DNA of 64,000 bases, taken from NCBI GenBank assembly GCA_963785305.1, contig CAWAUV010000002.1, forward strand, positions 128,001-192,000, written 5' to 3'. The translations under genes were made by a program, and so were the position numbers. The notes under the pieces were generated by a model, which saw only the letters and a list, made by a program, of their open reading frames with translations, was not told the origin of the DNA and searched no databases. Origin of the DNA: an uncultured Planctomycetaceae bacterium. Its GTDB lineage: Bacteria; Planctomycetota; Planctomycetia; Pirellulales; PALSA-1355. Shown here piece by piece: positions 63,696 through 64,000 of the stretch; the stretch's first letter is position 1; every line of letters starts with the position of its first letter.

Positions 63696-64000
63696 TCAGC
63701 CATCGGCAGTTCGAGGGAGGGACTTTGCGTCGACCGCGAGCGGTCCGGCGCCGGGAGACGTATATTCGCGGGCACTCGACCACGGCCAATCCATCGCGCG
63801 TTCGCAGAGACCTCGTCGCACGGGATTGGCATGGATGTAATCGATCTCAGTCCAAATGGCGCAAGGTTCGGTGAGATTTCGATCAAAGCCGCCCCCGCGC
63901 TGCCAGAACCGGTATCGCACAGTCCCGTTGGGCTGCCGATCTTCCATTTGCCGAAGGAACGCCGGGGCCTCGGCGCGCACATGGATCAAGGCTCTCTTGG
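63696..64000 (-). mobile_element. REP-associated tyrosine transposase (RAYT), C-terminal part, cut by window edge
   Basis: [31 protein letters not shown]. Confidence 0.85.

Overview
A GC-rich bacterial chromosome segment, very likely Planctomycetota (Pirellulales-like). The signs are a DUF1559 prepilin protein, PEP-CTERM proteins, a PQQ beta-propeller and a planctomycete-type vWA protein. Many ordinary genes are split by single-base frameshifts (phoD, ftsH, sdhA, queG, rsmG and others), which looks like uncorrected long-read indel error, so gene ends are approximate. Housekeeping content includes sdhCAB, ftsH, fluC plus DUF190, queG, miaB, ppa, rsmG, hisS, two-component systems and arsR-arsC-arsM. 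The notable part is a minus-strand module of about 8.7 kb (29056-37790) just downstream of a core tRNA-Leu. In transcription order it holds: a leader peptide, an RbfA-like gene and rtcB; an ECF-type promoter with a terminator/antiterminator leader; an array of 40 hand-decoded tRNA genes covering all 20 amino acids, with an HNH endonuclease gene inside it; a ~600-nt highly structured candidate ncRNA with an embedded tRNA-like domain; and a slipin (SPFH) gene. Many array tRNAs are non-canonical: Ile-UAU, Arg-GCG/UCG, short-arm Leu and C33 loops. The module reads as an inducible translation-rescue / RNA-repair system, and the large RNA is the best candidate for an undescribed component. All calls are by eye; no searches were run.
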